A stretch of DNA of 36,785 nucleotides from Octopus bimaculoides (lineage: Eukaryota), in the NCBI RefSeq assembly GCF_001194135.2, contig NC_068984.1, forward strand, positions 42,723,344 to 42,760,128. Direction: 5' to 3'. The notes below the pieces were generated by a model, which made no database searches, was not told where the DNA came from, and saw nothing but the letters and a program-made list of their open reading frames with translations. Positions 23,827 through 34,876 of this stretch are shown here, one piece after another (position 1 is the first letter of the stretch; the number at the start of each line of letters is the position of its first letter). A program made the translations under genes and the position numbers.

Positions 23827-24258
23827 ATGTTTTCTCCAGGATTTACTTTTTAAGTTTGGTGAAATATCTCAAGAGCAGAACACGCGAGATGACTTGCTCT
23901 ATGGATACGAAGAAAATTTAGAGAGATGCAAGGAGGGAATTTTTACTTTTTATTACATAAATCAGTTATTGTTCGTATTATTGGTATCATTGTTATTGTT
24001 GGTGCTGTCATTGTCATTCTGGGTTTTACTGTTATTTGGTGCCTCAGCATTTCACACTGAGCTGACATATGATACGATGTGACCTTTGTAGTTATGTTCT
24101 TCATCGTTTCATGCGCTCATCATTTTGTTCATATACTGAGATATGACTATATTTAGCTGTTAGTTATAACAGATCTATTGACTTCACAGAGAATCCTCTA
24201 CTTGTTCATATCTTACTCGGAAGTAGCTGGTAAAGCTGTCATATTAGTGCATGATGTT

Positions 24259-24467
24259 AAGGTGACGAGCTGGCAGAATCGTTATCAAACCGAGCAAAAT
24301 GCTTAGCAGTATTTCATCCACCCTTACGTTTGAGTTCAAATTCCGCTGAGATCGACTTTGCCTTTCATCCTTTCGAGGTCAATAGGTTAAGTATCAATGG
24401 AACACTGGGATCGATGTAAACAACTAGTCCCCTCCCCAAAATTTCAGGCCTTGTACCTTTAGTAGAA
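24259..24467 (+). mobile_element. SINE family B, full length, with TSD
   Basis: Same head and core as 17725; TSD atattagtgcatgatg (24241-24256) vs atattagtgtatcatg (24468-24483), 14 of 16 identical. Confidence 0.9.
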
Positions 24468-24630
24468 ATATTAGTGTATCATGCAATGAATTGTAAGGTC
24501 TTGTCTTACAAAATTAATTGAAACGTTGGCAAATGATTTTGCTTCTAATTTAGAAATAAGGCCAGAGAGTACAATAGCAGTACAGTAGCAGTACAGACGT
24601 TGTGTTATTTAATTTATGTTGTCGACTGCT

Positions 24631-24826
24631 TCTGAATTTGTTTGTGTCATACGATACCTGTCCATGCACACGCACGCACACACACAGATTCTCTCTCTCT
24701 CTCTCTCTCTCTCTCCCTCTCTCTCTCTAACACTCTAACACACACACATTCACTCACACACACAAACACATACACACACACACACGTTCAACAGGAGCAC
24801 AGATATATGTGTATGTTTGATGCATG
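24631..24826 (+). repeat. Local direct repeat, copy 2, with expanded (CT)n
   Basis: Colinear with 22582-22743 apart from microsatellite length. Confidence 0.9.
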
Positions 24827-24976
24827 CCCATTTGAATGTTTGTGTACGGGTATAACCTTTGTATTCCATTTCAAAACCGATTGGGTCCTATTCTATTTCT
24901 TGGTATTCCGACAAAAGAACTTGGAAGTACATTGGATTACATTCCCTTGCATATGTGCATGTATGTATGTTTTCTA

Positions 24977-25036
<60 letters not shown>

Positions 25037-25052
25037 ACACACACACTCATGC

Positions 25053-25106
25053 AATCGACTCGTCCCCTCCCCCCAAATCGCTGCCCTTGTGGCAAAATTT
25101 GAAACC
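25053..25106 (+). mobile_element. SINE family B 3'-tail fragment (aaaatttgaaaccatt tail type)
   Basis: atcgactcgtcccctcccccaaatcgctgcccttgtggcaaaatttgaaaccatt; tail matches the 28139 copy. Confidence 0.65.
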
Positions 25107-25152
25107 ATTACTATTATTTTCAATATTATTATTATTGATATTTTTATTATTA

Positions 25153-25699
25153 TTCAGTGAGAGAGCAGTGCATGCCATCAAAGTGACACTGCAGTAAAAT
25201 ATACGAAGCCAAGTATACACATCATGACTACCCGTCTGATAGGGATACACCAGGCACATGCATCACAACCATATCTGCGCGACATTGTGATCTCACATCA
25301 AGATAAACAGCACTTGCCCTTGCAGGCGGGGCCCATTTATAATTTCTTTCAGGTCAAGTAGCCCAAACTGTTCAAAAGGTCCTTGAATAAGTTTTGTTTA
25401 AGGATGATAAGCAAAACACCCATGTTTCCAAAAGTGATTTATCCAAATCCCAAAGAATTATTCTCGCCACTCCCCGATTACTTCTGCTCGTGATCAGAGA
25501 TGCACATATTGTCAGTTACTAAGGGATATGCTCAACTGGTTAAGATCAAACAACTGACTAGCAAATCTGCTATATTGAGCAGAATATTTGCTGTAGCCCA
25601 TCTTTTATACCAAGACAAAACAATGTACATGATAACACTTGCAATCAGTTAAGATCAAAAGCCATGAGAGCCACTGCCTGGTACTGCATCCTGGCATTT
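25153..25699 (-). mobile_element. Unassigned interspersed retroposon-like repeat ending in (AAT)n
   Basis: Non-coding block between two (TAA)n arrays, with a (AAT)n tail on the minus strand; recalled as an abundant octopus repeat, not verified. Confidence 0.5.
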
Positions 25700-25702
25700 A
25701 CT

Positions 25703-25721
25703 TATTATTATTATTATTATT

Positions 25722-25760
<39 letters not shown>

Positions 25761-25770
25761 GCTGTTGTTG
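25703..25770. repeat. (TTA)n-(TTG)n microsatellite (3' tail of the adjacent LINE fragment)
   Basis: Direct reading. Confidence 0.95.
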
Positions 25771-25771
25771 T

Positions 25772-26140
25772 CTCTTTATCATAGGTTTTTTGTTGGAGCT
25801 CAAGGAGTCTTGCACGCGTAGCAGGCTTACTAAATGCAGCCTACGGTACCACGTTGTTCGCTCTTTTCTGCTATCTAATACTTTCCTGATTATTCTGGTA
25901 GCGCCAAGGAGGCAAACATTTTGTAACAGTTCTACTGGGCACTCTGTTCCAGTTCCCTTTATGTTCCTCTTGATGCCTTCTGATACTGTTCCCAAAGACC
26001 CAACAATAGTTGGCATTGTCTTCACCTTCTTCATTTTTCATAGCCGGACTATTTCTTACTTAAGAGGGTTATATCTATCTATCTTTCCACCTTCCTTCTT
26101 GACCATTCGTGATATATCTATGTATGGTCTTACTTCAAAG
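25772..26140 (-). pseudogene. R4/Dong-like RLE non-LTR retrotransposon, 3' end
   Basis: KEGGKIDRYNPLK*EIVRL*KMKKVKTMPTIVGSLGTVS...VELLQNVCLLGATRIIRKVL matches the C-terminal restriction-like endonuclease region. Confidence 0.85.
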
Positions 26141-26159
26141 TAAGACCATTGAAAGTAAG

Positions 26160-26401
26160 AAATTCAAGATGTTGTGGGACTTTAACATTCAAACTGACAG
26201 AGTAATAGAATCTACAAGGCGTGTGCCAGATAATTGACTTTACAGTCCCAAATGATGAAAAGATTATGAGAAGTATAGAAAAAATAGCAAAGTGCCAGGA
26301 CCTAGCTTATTGAATTACAGAGACTATGGAAAGTGCAGATAAAATGGATCCGAGTAGTTATAGGTTCATTGGAACCTATCTCTAAATATCTGAACAGATG
26401 G

Positions 26402-26403
<2 letters not shown>
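26160..26403 (+). pseudogene. R4/Dong-like RLE domain fragment, head-to-head with the previous one
   Basis: FKMLWDFNIQTDRVIE, VPNDEKIMRSIEKIAKCQDL, (frameshift) ELQRLWKVQIKWIRVVIGSL; ends in (AAT)n. Confidence 0.8.
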
Positions 26404-26457
<54 letters not shown>

Positions 26458-26558
26458 ATGAAGAAGAAGAAGAAGAAGANNNNNNNNNNGAAGAAGAAGA
26501 AGAAGAAGAAGAAGAAGAAGAAGAAGAAGAAGAAGAAGAAGAAGAAGAAGAAGAAGAA
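26403..26558. repeat. (AAT)n and (GAA)n microsatellites with a 10-N gap (26480-26489)
   Basis: Direct reading. Confidence 0.95.
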
Positions 26559-26636
26559 GCAACAAAAGCTATGAAACAAATGAAATCCAAACTAAAACTA
26601 GAACATCAACGAACCATGATAAAACGATGGCAAGAA
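26559..26636 (+). pseudogene. Possible R4-like post-RT fragment
   Basis: ATKAMKQMKSKLKLEHQRTMIKRWQE resembles the segment preceding WxxKxLHG in R4-like ORFs; cut by a gap. Confidence 0.4.
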
Positions 26637-26736
26637 NNNNNNNNNNNNNNNNNNNNNNNNNNNNNNNNNNNNNNNNNNNNNNNNNNNNNNNNNNNNNNNN
26701 NNNNNNNNNNNNNNNNNNNNNNNNNNNNNNNNNNNN
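26637..26736. other. Assembly gap (N)
   Basis: 100-N run. Confidence 1.
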
Positions 26737-26784
26737 CACGTTATAAAAATAAAACTACTGAACAATAATAATAATAATAATAAG

Positions 26785-27165
26785 AGAGACAAATACTGTC
26801 AGATCATTGATGTAACCAAAGCAAATGACATGAATGTTGTGAGTAAAGAGATTGAAAAAATCCCCAAGTAATCCGAATTGAATGTGGAAATGGCATGACT
26901 GTATGGTATGCGAGAGGGTAATTTAAAAGTGATACCAGTGGTGATCGGAGCGTTGGGCTCAGTCCCACTAAAACTTCAAATCTTTTTAAGGCAGCTGGGA
27001 ATCCCATGCAAGGCTGATGTCTTGCAAAAAGCAGCCTTATTGGGCACAGCACACATCTTAAGGAAAGTATTATCTGTCTGAGGTCCTTGTTGTGATTTGA
27101 CAGATGACTAAAGACTCCGGTGTATTTTTACCTACACTGTGTTACGAAGGAGTAATAATAATAAT
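26785..27165 (+). pseudogene. R4/Dong-like RLE LINE, 5'-truncated 3' end with UTR and (TAA)n tail
   Basis: One frame with two internal stops: RDKYCQIIDVTKANDMNVVSKEIEKIPK*...LKVIPVVIGALGSVP...DVLQKAALLGTAHILRKVLSV* (stop 27079-27081); (TAA)n on both sides. Confidence 0.9.
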
Positions 27166-27259
27166 TTAGCCAAAACTCATGTTAGATCAGAGGAAATATT
27201 AACAATGACAAATAGTAAAAAACTGAAAAAATAATATCAGTGATGATGATAATAATAAT

Positions 27260-27910
27260 AAAAGGAAGCGGTTGGAATCTCCCAATGTCCTGATTGATGA
27301 TACACCTAGTGATGGTGTCACTATAAAAACATTGGTAATTGCATAACCTGATAATCGCTACCTCATATGTGTGACAATGAAAAACAAAATATTGTGAATA
27401 ACGGTGGTAAAGAAACTGAAACCTTTGATGGTGACAGTGTTGCATCCAGCAGGCTCAGATATACTGGTCCGACTCCAGTCTGTCGTTATCCAGAAAGGGA
27501 CCAGCACACACGGCGTAGATACAACAAACAAGTCAATGCTGTGGTCATGGCGTGTTACTAACTGAGCAAACCCTGTAAACGAAAGTGGTGTTCATATTAG
27601 GGAATACCTAACATGTATGATCAATGGAGACAAAAGGATTGTTTCAACTCACGGAACAGAGATTATGTCATCAAGCTAGAGCAACAAGAAAAAATCTTTG
27701 GTTCACAGAAGTAGAGCTCGAAGCTATCAAACGATGGGTATTGGAAAACAGCAGCAGAGAAAATGATGAAAATACAGTTACTGATAAAAGTAATATCATA
27801 GCAGAAAACCGAGGTGAAATCTCTACTAAACCACAGGAAAGGAACTGATAGCTTGCTTGATGAGAAACATAGAGATGGTTTGGAAGAAGAGAATAAAAGA
27901 TGATGACATG
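27260..27910 (+). pseudogene. R4/Dong-like LINE, 5' region and ORF N-terminus, truncated at SINE insertions
   Basis: RRRYNKQVNAVVMACY*LSKP ... [34 protein letters not shown] matches the N-terminal motif of R4-like ORFs; preceded by (TAA)n. Confidence 0.7.
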
Positions 27911-27920
27911 ACAGATGGGC

Positions 27921-28124
27921 ATAAGGCACAAGGTCCGAAATTGGGGGAAGAAGGAAAGTCGATTACCTCGACCCGAGTGTTCAACTGGTACTTAATTTAT
28001 CAACCCCGAAAGGATGAAAGGCAAAGCCAACCTCGGCGGAATTTGAGCTGTAACGAATGTCGTGACGGGCGAAATACCGCTAAGCAATTCGCCCAGCGCA
28101 CTAACAATTATGCCAGCTCACTGC
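27921..28124 (-). mobile_element. SINE family B
   Basis: Reverse complement of head, core and tail (ggtacttaatttatcaaccccgaaaggatgaaaggcaaagccaacctcggcggaatttga). Confidence 0.88.
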
Positions 28125-28138
28125 ATAATACCAATAAC

Positions 28139-28312
28139 AATGGTTTCAAATTTTGGTACGAGGCCAACAATCTCGGGGGCGGAAGTCGATAGCATCGACC
28201 TCAGTTCTTAACTGGTTCTTACTTTATTGCCTCCGAAAGAATGAAACGCAAACCGGAATCTGAGCTGAGAACGTTAAGACGAAACTCCGGTAAGCATTTT
28301 TCCCGACGTGCT
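28139..28312 (-). mobile_element. SINE family B, diverged, aaaatttgaaaccatt tail
   Basis: Homologous core with internal deletions. Confidence 0.75.
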
Positions 28313-28486
28313 ATATAACGTTTTTGCCAAAAAAAAAAAATATTTATGTATACGAGTTCATGCAAAATATACTATACTCACTCTCCCACTTCCTCTAACT
28401 TTATCTCTCTTTCTTTCTCTTTCTTTCCCTTATCTATCTCTCCATCTGTCTTTATATTATATTATATTATATTATATTATATTATA

Positions 28487-28722
28487 TTTATTTCATTATT
28501 GCTCACAGAGAGCTAAACATAGAGGAGATAAACAAGGACAGACAAAGAGATTAAGTCGATTACATCGACCCCAGTACGTAACTGATATTTATTTAATCGA
28601 CCCCGAAAGAATGAAAGGCAAAGTCGACCTCGGCGGAATTTGAACTCAGAACGTAACCGCAAACGAAATACTGCTAAGCATTTCGCCCAGCGTGCTAACG
28701 ATTCTGCCAGCTCGCCGCCCCT
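28487..28722 (-). mobile_element. SINE family B, well preserved, with a distinct 3' tail, inserted in (ATATT)n
   Basis: Near-complete head and core; tatattatattatat on both flanks. Confidence 0.9.
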
Positions 28723-30044
28723 ATATTATATTATATCTTGCTGAAATGGACAAAGATATTTTAGTTGATTTTGATTAATTTGTGCAAAAAGCAAATATGG
28801 ATAACAACTGCAATACATATATATGTATGTGTGTATGTATGCATGGATTTATAGGAGTGCGTGTGTGTTTATGTTTGTGTGAGTGTGTGTGCATGTGAGT
28901 GTGTGTGTATGTGTGTATTATGTACATATTGTAAGTATAAATATATAGTGTGAGTATACCAGAAAAAGGCATGATGTATGTATTTCAGAGATAGATCAGT
29001 TATAACGGCGTGACTCGAAGAAGAAATTATGAGCAGTAATAAAACCCAAATGTTCAGCATTAAATATAGTAAGAAAAATGAACATATCTGTGGCGAACTT
29101 CTCAGAAATTTGCTGATACTAAACGCGGAGTCTAACTGCAGATTTATATTCGTAATAGTTCAGTTACTTAACTATGTAATAAACTGCCTCAATTACCAGT
29201 TTGGGGAACCTGGGGTATAAGCTCAGAAAGGTCAAACGTAATTTACAATTATAAGCCATTAATGGAACAATAGATAGAAGAACAATATTCTAGTAAGTTA
29301 GTCTGTCTTTTGTAAGCTTTTATACGTTCGCCCTTCAAATTTGACTATGAGCATCATCTGTTTCAATTATAGAAGCTTTGACGACTGCACTTCATAAACT
29401 ATCGAAGGAAAAAGTCATGTGAGCGAGCGATAATTAGCGACTGTTACCCCTGTGCACCTCCAGTGCAAGGAAACTACAGAAGTGTCAATACTTTAGCGTC
29501 ACAGACACAGGTGACGCCCAAATCGTCGCAAAGAAAAACTTAATTTTACTTGTTGCAGTGAAACGCATTTGTGCAATGAAGCTTTGCAGTGACATAGACA
29601 GTCCACATTTCCTACTAAAGCTCTCGTTACTTTGAATAACACAATTCCAGTGGGAAGAAAACTGGTACATGTTTCCAGCAACATGTCAATGCTGACAATG
29701 TAGTTTATCTGTGAGCGTTACGGACTGCATATCCAGCAGCTACTTGTAGTTGAACGGCAATATTAGTCGTGATGAGTAACCTTTGCCACACGATCAGTCT
29801 TATTTACTTCTCTAAATTCGGTCTTGTTCAATTTACTCATAAGTTAGCAGATGAGTGTGGATATGTCGCCTCACCACGGCTAAAACGTACCATCTATTGT
29901 TTTCCTAAATAGACTTTCCTTAAATACATATGCCATTCCCTCCACAAATCCTAGCATCAAATAGAGGTTCATCACTATGCACATTTATATTTAATACGCA
30001 TATGGTCATACAAACGTACATATGTGTATCTACACATATATGTA

Positions 30045-30137
30045 TTCTTTTACTTTTTATTTATTTCAGTTACTAGACTGCGGCCAAGTCGGAGCACCGT
30101 CTTGAAGAATTTTGTCGAATAAATCGAAACCAGTACT
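30045..30137 (-). mobile_element. SINE family A 3'-tail fragment
   Basis: ttcagttactagactgcggccaagtcggagcaccgtcttgaag...cagtact. Confidence 0.7.
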
Positions 30138-30779
30138 ATACATGTATACACGGCTATCTGTTTGATTTCCAAGTTTCATGCAGAGAGTCTTGTCTCTTAG
30201 AAGCAGAGGCAGGCTTTCCTCTACTGAAGAGAGGTTTGTAAATTGAAACTATAAAAAACTTTCATGCATTCATGTATTTGTTGTCAAACACAAAAAGAAT
30301 TCTAACAGCCATTTGTGCACGATAGATCTAAAACATTCTTGATTATCACATGATTCAGATATATCAACTTTAAAGCAAATGCAATCTCACCGGCGCTTTC
30401 TTCTTTCTCTACTTACTTCTCAGTTTTCATTAAGAAACAAAAAATATGCCTCTGATCGCTTTGACTCTGGATATGAGACAAAGTAGAAGTAACAACGCAT
30501 TGCCTTGGAAAGATATATAGATTTTTTTTATCATTATTTTCATGAAAAATATTAAATTTCTGCCTAGCATACGAAACATATATCTACTTAAGATTAACAA
30601 ACAATAATCTTTTGTCGCTTTTAATAAAAACTAGATTAAATATACAGAACTTAATCAATATATAAAATCTATGCATATACGTATAATGCATACATACATG
30701 CATATGCTTTAAAAAATATGAATATAAATATATATAATGTATATCTATATACACTCACGCGGGCGCATATATACATATG

Positions 30780-30781
<2 letters not shown>

Positions 30782-30850
<69 letters not shown>

Positions 30851-31190
30851 ATATATTAGTCATTCTAGCATTTAGTAATCCTATTTCGAGCAACTGCCGA
30901 CCGAAATTGCGTCATTTATAATACTCTTTTAATATTCTGCGTTTGATGTTTCATTGGAATGTCAATAACTGAGGCACACACACATACACACACACACATA
31001 TATATCTCGCCCATATGCATACACACACAGTGTATATGTGTATGTGTGTGTGTGCGTGCGTGCACACGCGTCTGTTTGTATATATATATATATATATATA
31101 TATATGCGTGTGTGTGTGCGTGTATATATGTATATGTATGTATGTATGTGCATATATACTTGCATAAATAGATATATATATATATATATT
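30782..31190. repeat. (TG)n and compound CA/TG/TA microsatellites
   Basis: Direct reading: 30782-30848 and about 30975-31190. Confidence 0.9.
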
Positions 31191-31399
31191 TCGTTTTTAG
31201 ATCTGGTTTGCAAGATTCTTTATGTGAGTTCGTGTGTTGAAGCATATTTTGTTGTGGCTGGGGAGAGTGATTCTCTTTTGGTGCCTTATAATTTAACACA
31301 CTCACCGGTAAAATTTCCACTTATCTCTTTTCTATTTTTTTTAAATTTTCGTTGCGTCCTTCAACCTTTTCAATAGTCGTTGACTCTGTCCGTTACTCA

Positions 31400-31540
31400 A
31401 AGGACCAACATGGAGGTAACCTGGGTCAACTTGACATCCGCATCTTATCCAAGCACCCGAAGGAACCAACACTCAGACACATACGGGAGTACGTCCTCAT
31501 AAATGAAACTTCCACCATACTAAATAGGAAATGTACATAG
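31400..31540 (+). pseudogene. GIY-YIG endonuclease C-terminal fragment (Penelope-like)
   Basis: DQHGGNLGQLDIRILSKHPKEPTLRHIREYVLINETSTILNRK fits the H...IL.....R.I.E...I.....LN.K pattern at the end of PLE endonucleases. Confidence 0.55.
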
Positions 31541-31944
31541 TAGATATCATACCCCCATACCCACAGTTTACAGAGGTAGAGTAGAATAGTTAGTGGGCTG
31601 TTATGTAGATAGACGTAGGTATGTATCAGTGTGTGGGATGTGTATGTATATACGTATGTACATGTAGATAGATTTATGTGTGTGTATGAATATATATGTG
31701 TATATGCTCATGTATGTAAGCATATGGATATGAAAGTAAACGGATCAAAATACAGACGGATAGTTACATAGGTTATATCAACAAACAAGCACACATACGC
31801 AAATGAAGACTGAAACACGTGACCATGTATACACACACACACTTTACTTCACACAAGGACACATACGGAGGCACACGTCCACATATATGGAGATGCACAT
31901 CCATACATACAAACATATATGCATGCATGTATAAGCGCGCACGC

Positions 31945-31983
<39 letters not shown>

Positions 31984-32061
31984 CACACACACACACAGTG
32001 ATCCACACTCATGCGCACAAACAAAAAGGAATGAAGTGTGAGTAACAGACAGAGTCAACGA

Positions 32062-32098
32062 CTATTGAAAAGGTTGCAAAACGTAATGAAAATTTTAG
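32062..32098 (+). ncRNA. Hammerhead-like motif with U3-A8 core variant
   Basis: cta-TTGAAAA-g-GTTGC(aaaac)GTAAT-GAA-AA/TT-T-tag; mirror copy in the left arm has GTTG(aaggacg)CAAC. Helix I is only 3 bp. Confidence 0.4.
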
Positions 32099-32192
32099 GA
32101 AAATAAAAGAAATAAGTGGAAAGTTTACCGGCGAGTGTGTTAAAATTATAAGGCACCAAAAGAGAATGACTCTCCCCAGACACAACAGTATG

Positions 32193-32233
<41 letters not shown>

Positions 32234-32331
32234 TAAAAGGGTAAAGGTTTATCAAGTAATGCTATCTGTTGGAGTCTCAGCTTTTTTAGCTGCTATTTCT
32301 GAACTTCGGTATATGGTGAAGCAAATATTTG

Positions 32332-32774
32332 NNNNNNNNNNNNNNNNNNNNNNNNNNNNNNNNNNNNNNNNNNNNNNNNNNNNNNNNNNNNNNNNNNNNN
32401 NNNNNNNNNNNNNNNNNNNNNNNNNNNNNNNNNNNNNNNNNNNNNNNNNNNNNNNNNNNNNNNNNNNNNNNNNNNNNNNNNNNNNNNNNNNNNNNNNNNN
32501 NNNNNNNNNNNNNNNNNNNNNNNNNNNNNNNNNNNNNNNNNNNNNNNNNNNNNNNNNNNNNNNNNNNNNNNNNNNNNNNNNNNNNNNNNNNNNNNNNNNN
32601 NNNNNNNNNNNNNNNNNNNNNNNNNNNNNNNNNNNNNNNNNNNNNNNNNNNNNNNNNNNNNNNNNNNNNNNNNNNNNNNNNNNNNNNNNNNNNNNNNNNN
32701 NNNNNNNNNNNNNNNNNNNNNNNNNNNNNNNNNNNNNNNNNNNNNNNNNNNNNNNNNNNNNNNNNNNNNNNNNN
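32332..32774. other. Assembly gap (N)
   Basis: N run followed by (TG)n to ~32858. Confidence 1.
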
Positions 32775-32836
<62 letters not shown>

Positions 32837-34876
32837 GCGTGTGTGTGTGTGTATGTGTGATGCATGTATAAATTGCAAGTAACATGATGTCTGATGTCAT
32901 AAGATATGTACATACAATTAATGCTCAGGTCAACTACTACGTGAATTCTAACTGTAACTTAAAATGGAAAGATGTTATAGATGTCTAAATGTAGATTGGC
33001 TATAAGCAATGGATTGATCAATCTGGTGTATGTATAATAGAATAAAATTTTAGATAAACAACAGGTGTCAATCAGACTATGACATTTATATATTTATACA
33101 ACGCATAGGAAATGAAAAGTTTAAAGTGGAATGTTCCTAATGCTTGCAATATACGCTGCATTACTCCATGAATAGGCAAAAGGGTTCGTAAAAATAAGTA
33201 AAAAGTTTATTAAAATTGAACGATAAAGTAAGAACAATACAAGCTCAAAAGCAAAGTATTTGGTTATATAAATCTTTAAAAATCTAATACAGCATAAATA
33301 TATTTATGAAACAACTTTATATAAATTGTAACTAATACATTAAAATAATGCAATATAAAATTGTCTTGTAGTAGGTTTTAGACAACATTTAAAATGTATC
33401 TAGAAAGTGAGACAGGTTAATCGTTAACTCAGCGGTCGCGTGAGACACCGCAAATTAAGCAAAACCTTGTAGCTATCTCTGTATGATCCGAAATATTTTG
33501 AGCAGTTTACAGGAAGCTAGATGATTTTTAAATTGTAAAATACCAAAATTTCTCCGGGATACATACAGGACATCAATATATGTTTTAGCCCCCAAATGTA
33601 CTTCCACGAAAATGTAGATTATTTCCTCTTCACATTTAAGAAGGAGTTATGGTTTGCATAGCTTTTTAAAATTATCTATTGGTCATCCTGATATACCTCC
33701 ATTGTGCCGTTATTGTTTATGAAGTTGACATCCTGATCATATGTTATTACTACTGTAGTGTTGCAAGTTTGATTAACCATGCATGAATCTTTGTTCCTGG
33801 TTAGATTATTTTTTAATATTTTACCACTAGAAGCATTTTATGTTGATCATGGAATTTTATTGGCGGTTGCTAAGAAAATGTTAGATTATCAAATCCAGTC
33901 ATTTTTAGCTTTCACATTGGAAAAGAGAGTAGCTAACCAGATAATGTTGGGCACCTTTTCTTTAATCTAGAGGTGTATGGACTGGAGATATTTTTAATCC
34001 TGTCTTTGAAGCTGATTTTGTTTAAAGCGTGTTGGTAAGGAAATATCACTTTATCGAATATTTATTTATAGGGGAATATATTACATATTTTGCGTTGATT
34101 TATGTTGGATATCTAAAATTAGTCCATAATATTGATGCTATGGATTAGACTTTTAAAAGACTCTTGTCATTTACTCGTTGAATATTTATAAACTGCAGCT
34201 ATTTCTTCAAACAACTCGGTAATTGAAAATACACACATCACTCTTCCCGTTTCCATTCCAATAATAGGAAAAACACTCTTTAGATTTCATATTTCACCAC
34301 GCAAAATTTTCACAGATAACAGTTATACTATCTTCAAATATAGATAAACTAAGAAATATCTTCCAAAGTATTGTGTGGACCTCATTTAATTGCAACTGTA
34401 CTATCAATAAGCTATATCTTTTGTATAGTACATAAGCTTATGTGCTGACCTTTATTCTTAATGGATACCACCAACAAGCCTTTTGTCGAGAGATATAACA
34501 ATAGAAAGTCAACAACCTCATTCTCGGCATGTGTCTGGCATCTAAAACTCACTAATACATAATTTTATGCATCCTAGAAGATCATATCAAGAGCCAAAAC
34601 ATACAACCATAACAAGAAACCGTGCCAATTATGCGCATTAAGGTAATATGAAATATTATTCTGTAAAGACACTTTCTTGCTGAAACTGTTCATACACTTC
34701 ACTGCGCCTTTTTCAAGAAATAGCGTCCTCCAAATCGTAGAACCACATGCTGTTCTCAACAAACATTCGTTTTCATCTTTGCTAAACGTGTGGACATTTC
34801 TAGCACAACTAAATATTTGCATATATGCATATAAGTATTTTAATGTTTGTATGTGAGTATATATATATATATATAT

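Larger units (their letters stand above)
31250..32187 (+). mobile_element. 5'-truncated Penelope-like element remnant with inverted ~150-bp terminus
   Basis: 31250-31399 is the reverse complement of 32039-32187; a GIY-YIG-like C-terminus follows the left arm; the arms hold a hammerhead-like motif. Confidence 0.6.

Noticed and set aside
25664-26143. 159-aa plus-strand ORF with poly-Tyr/poly-Cys
   Set aside because: Translation of (TTA)n/(TTG)n plus the antisense strand of the RLE LINE fragment.
32950-34800. Possible ancient CR1/L2-type LINE (DWI, FLSNRQ, GKILK fragments on the minus strand)
   Set aside because: Fragments are scattered over frames with many stops; not supportable without a profile search.
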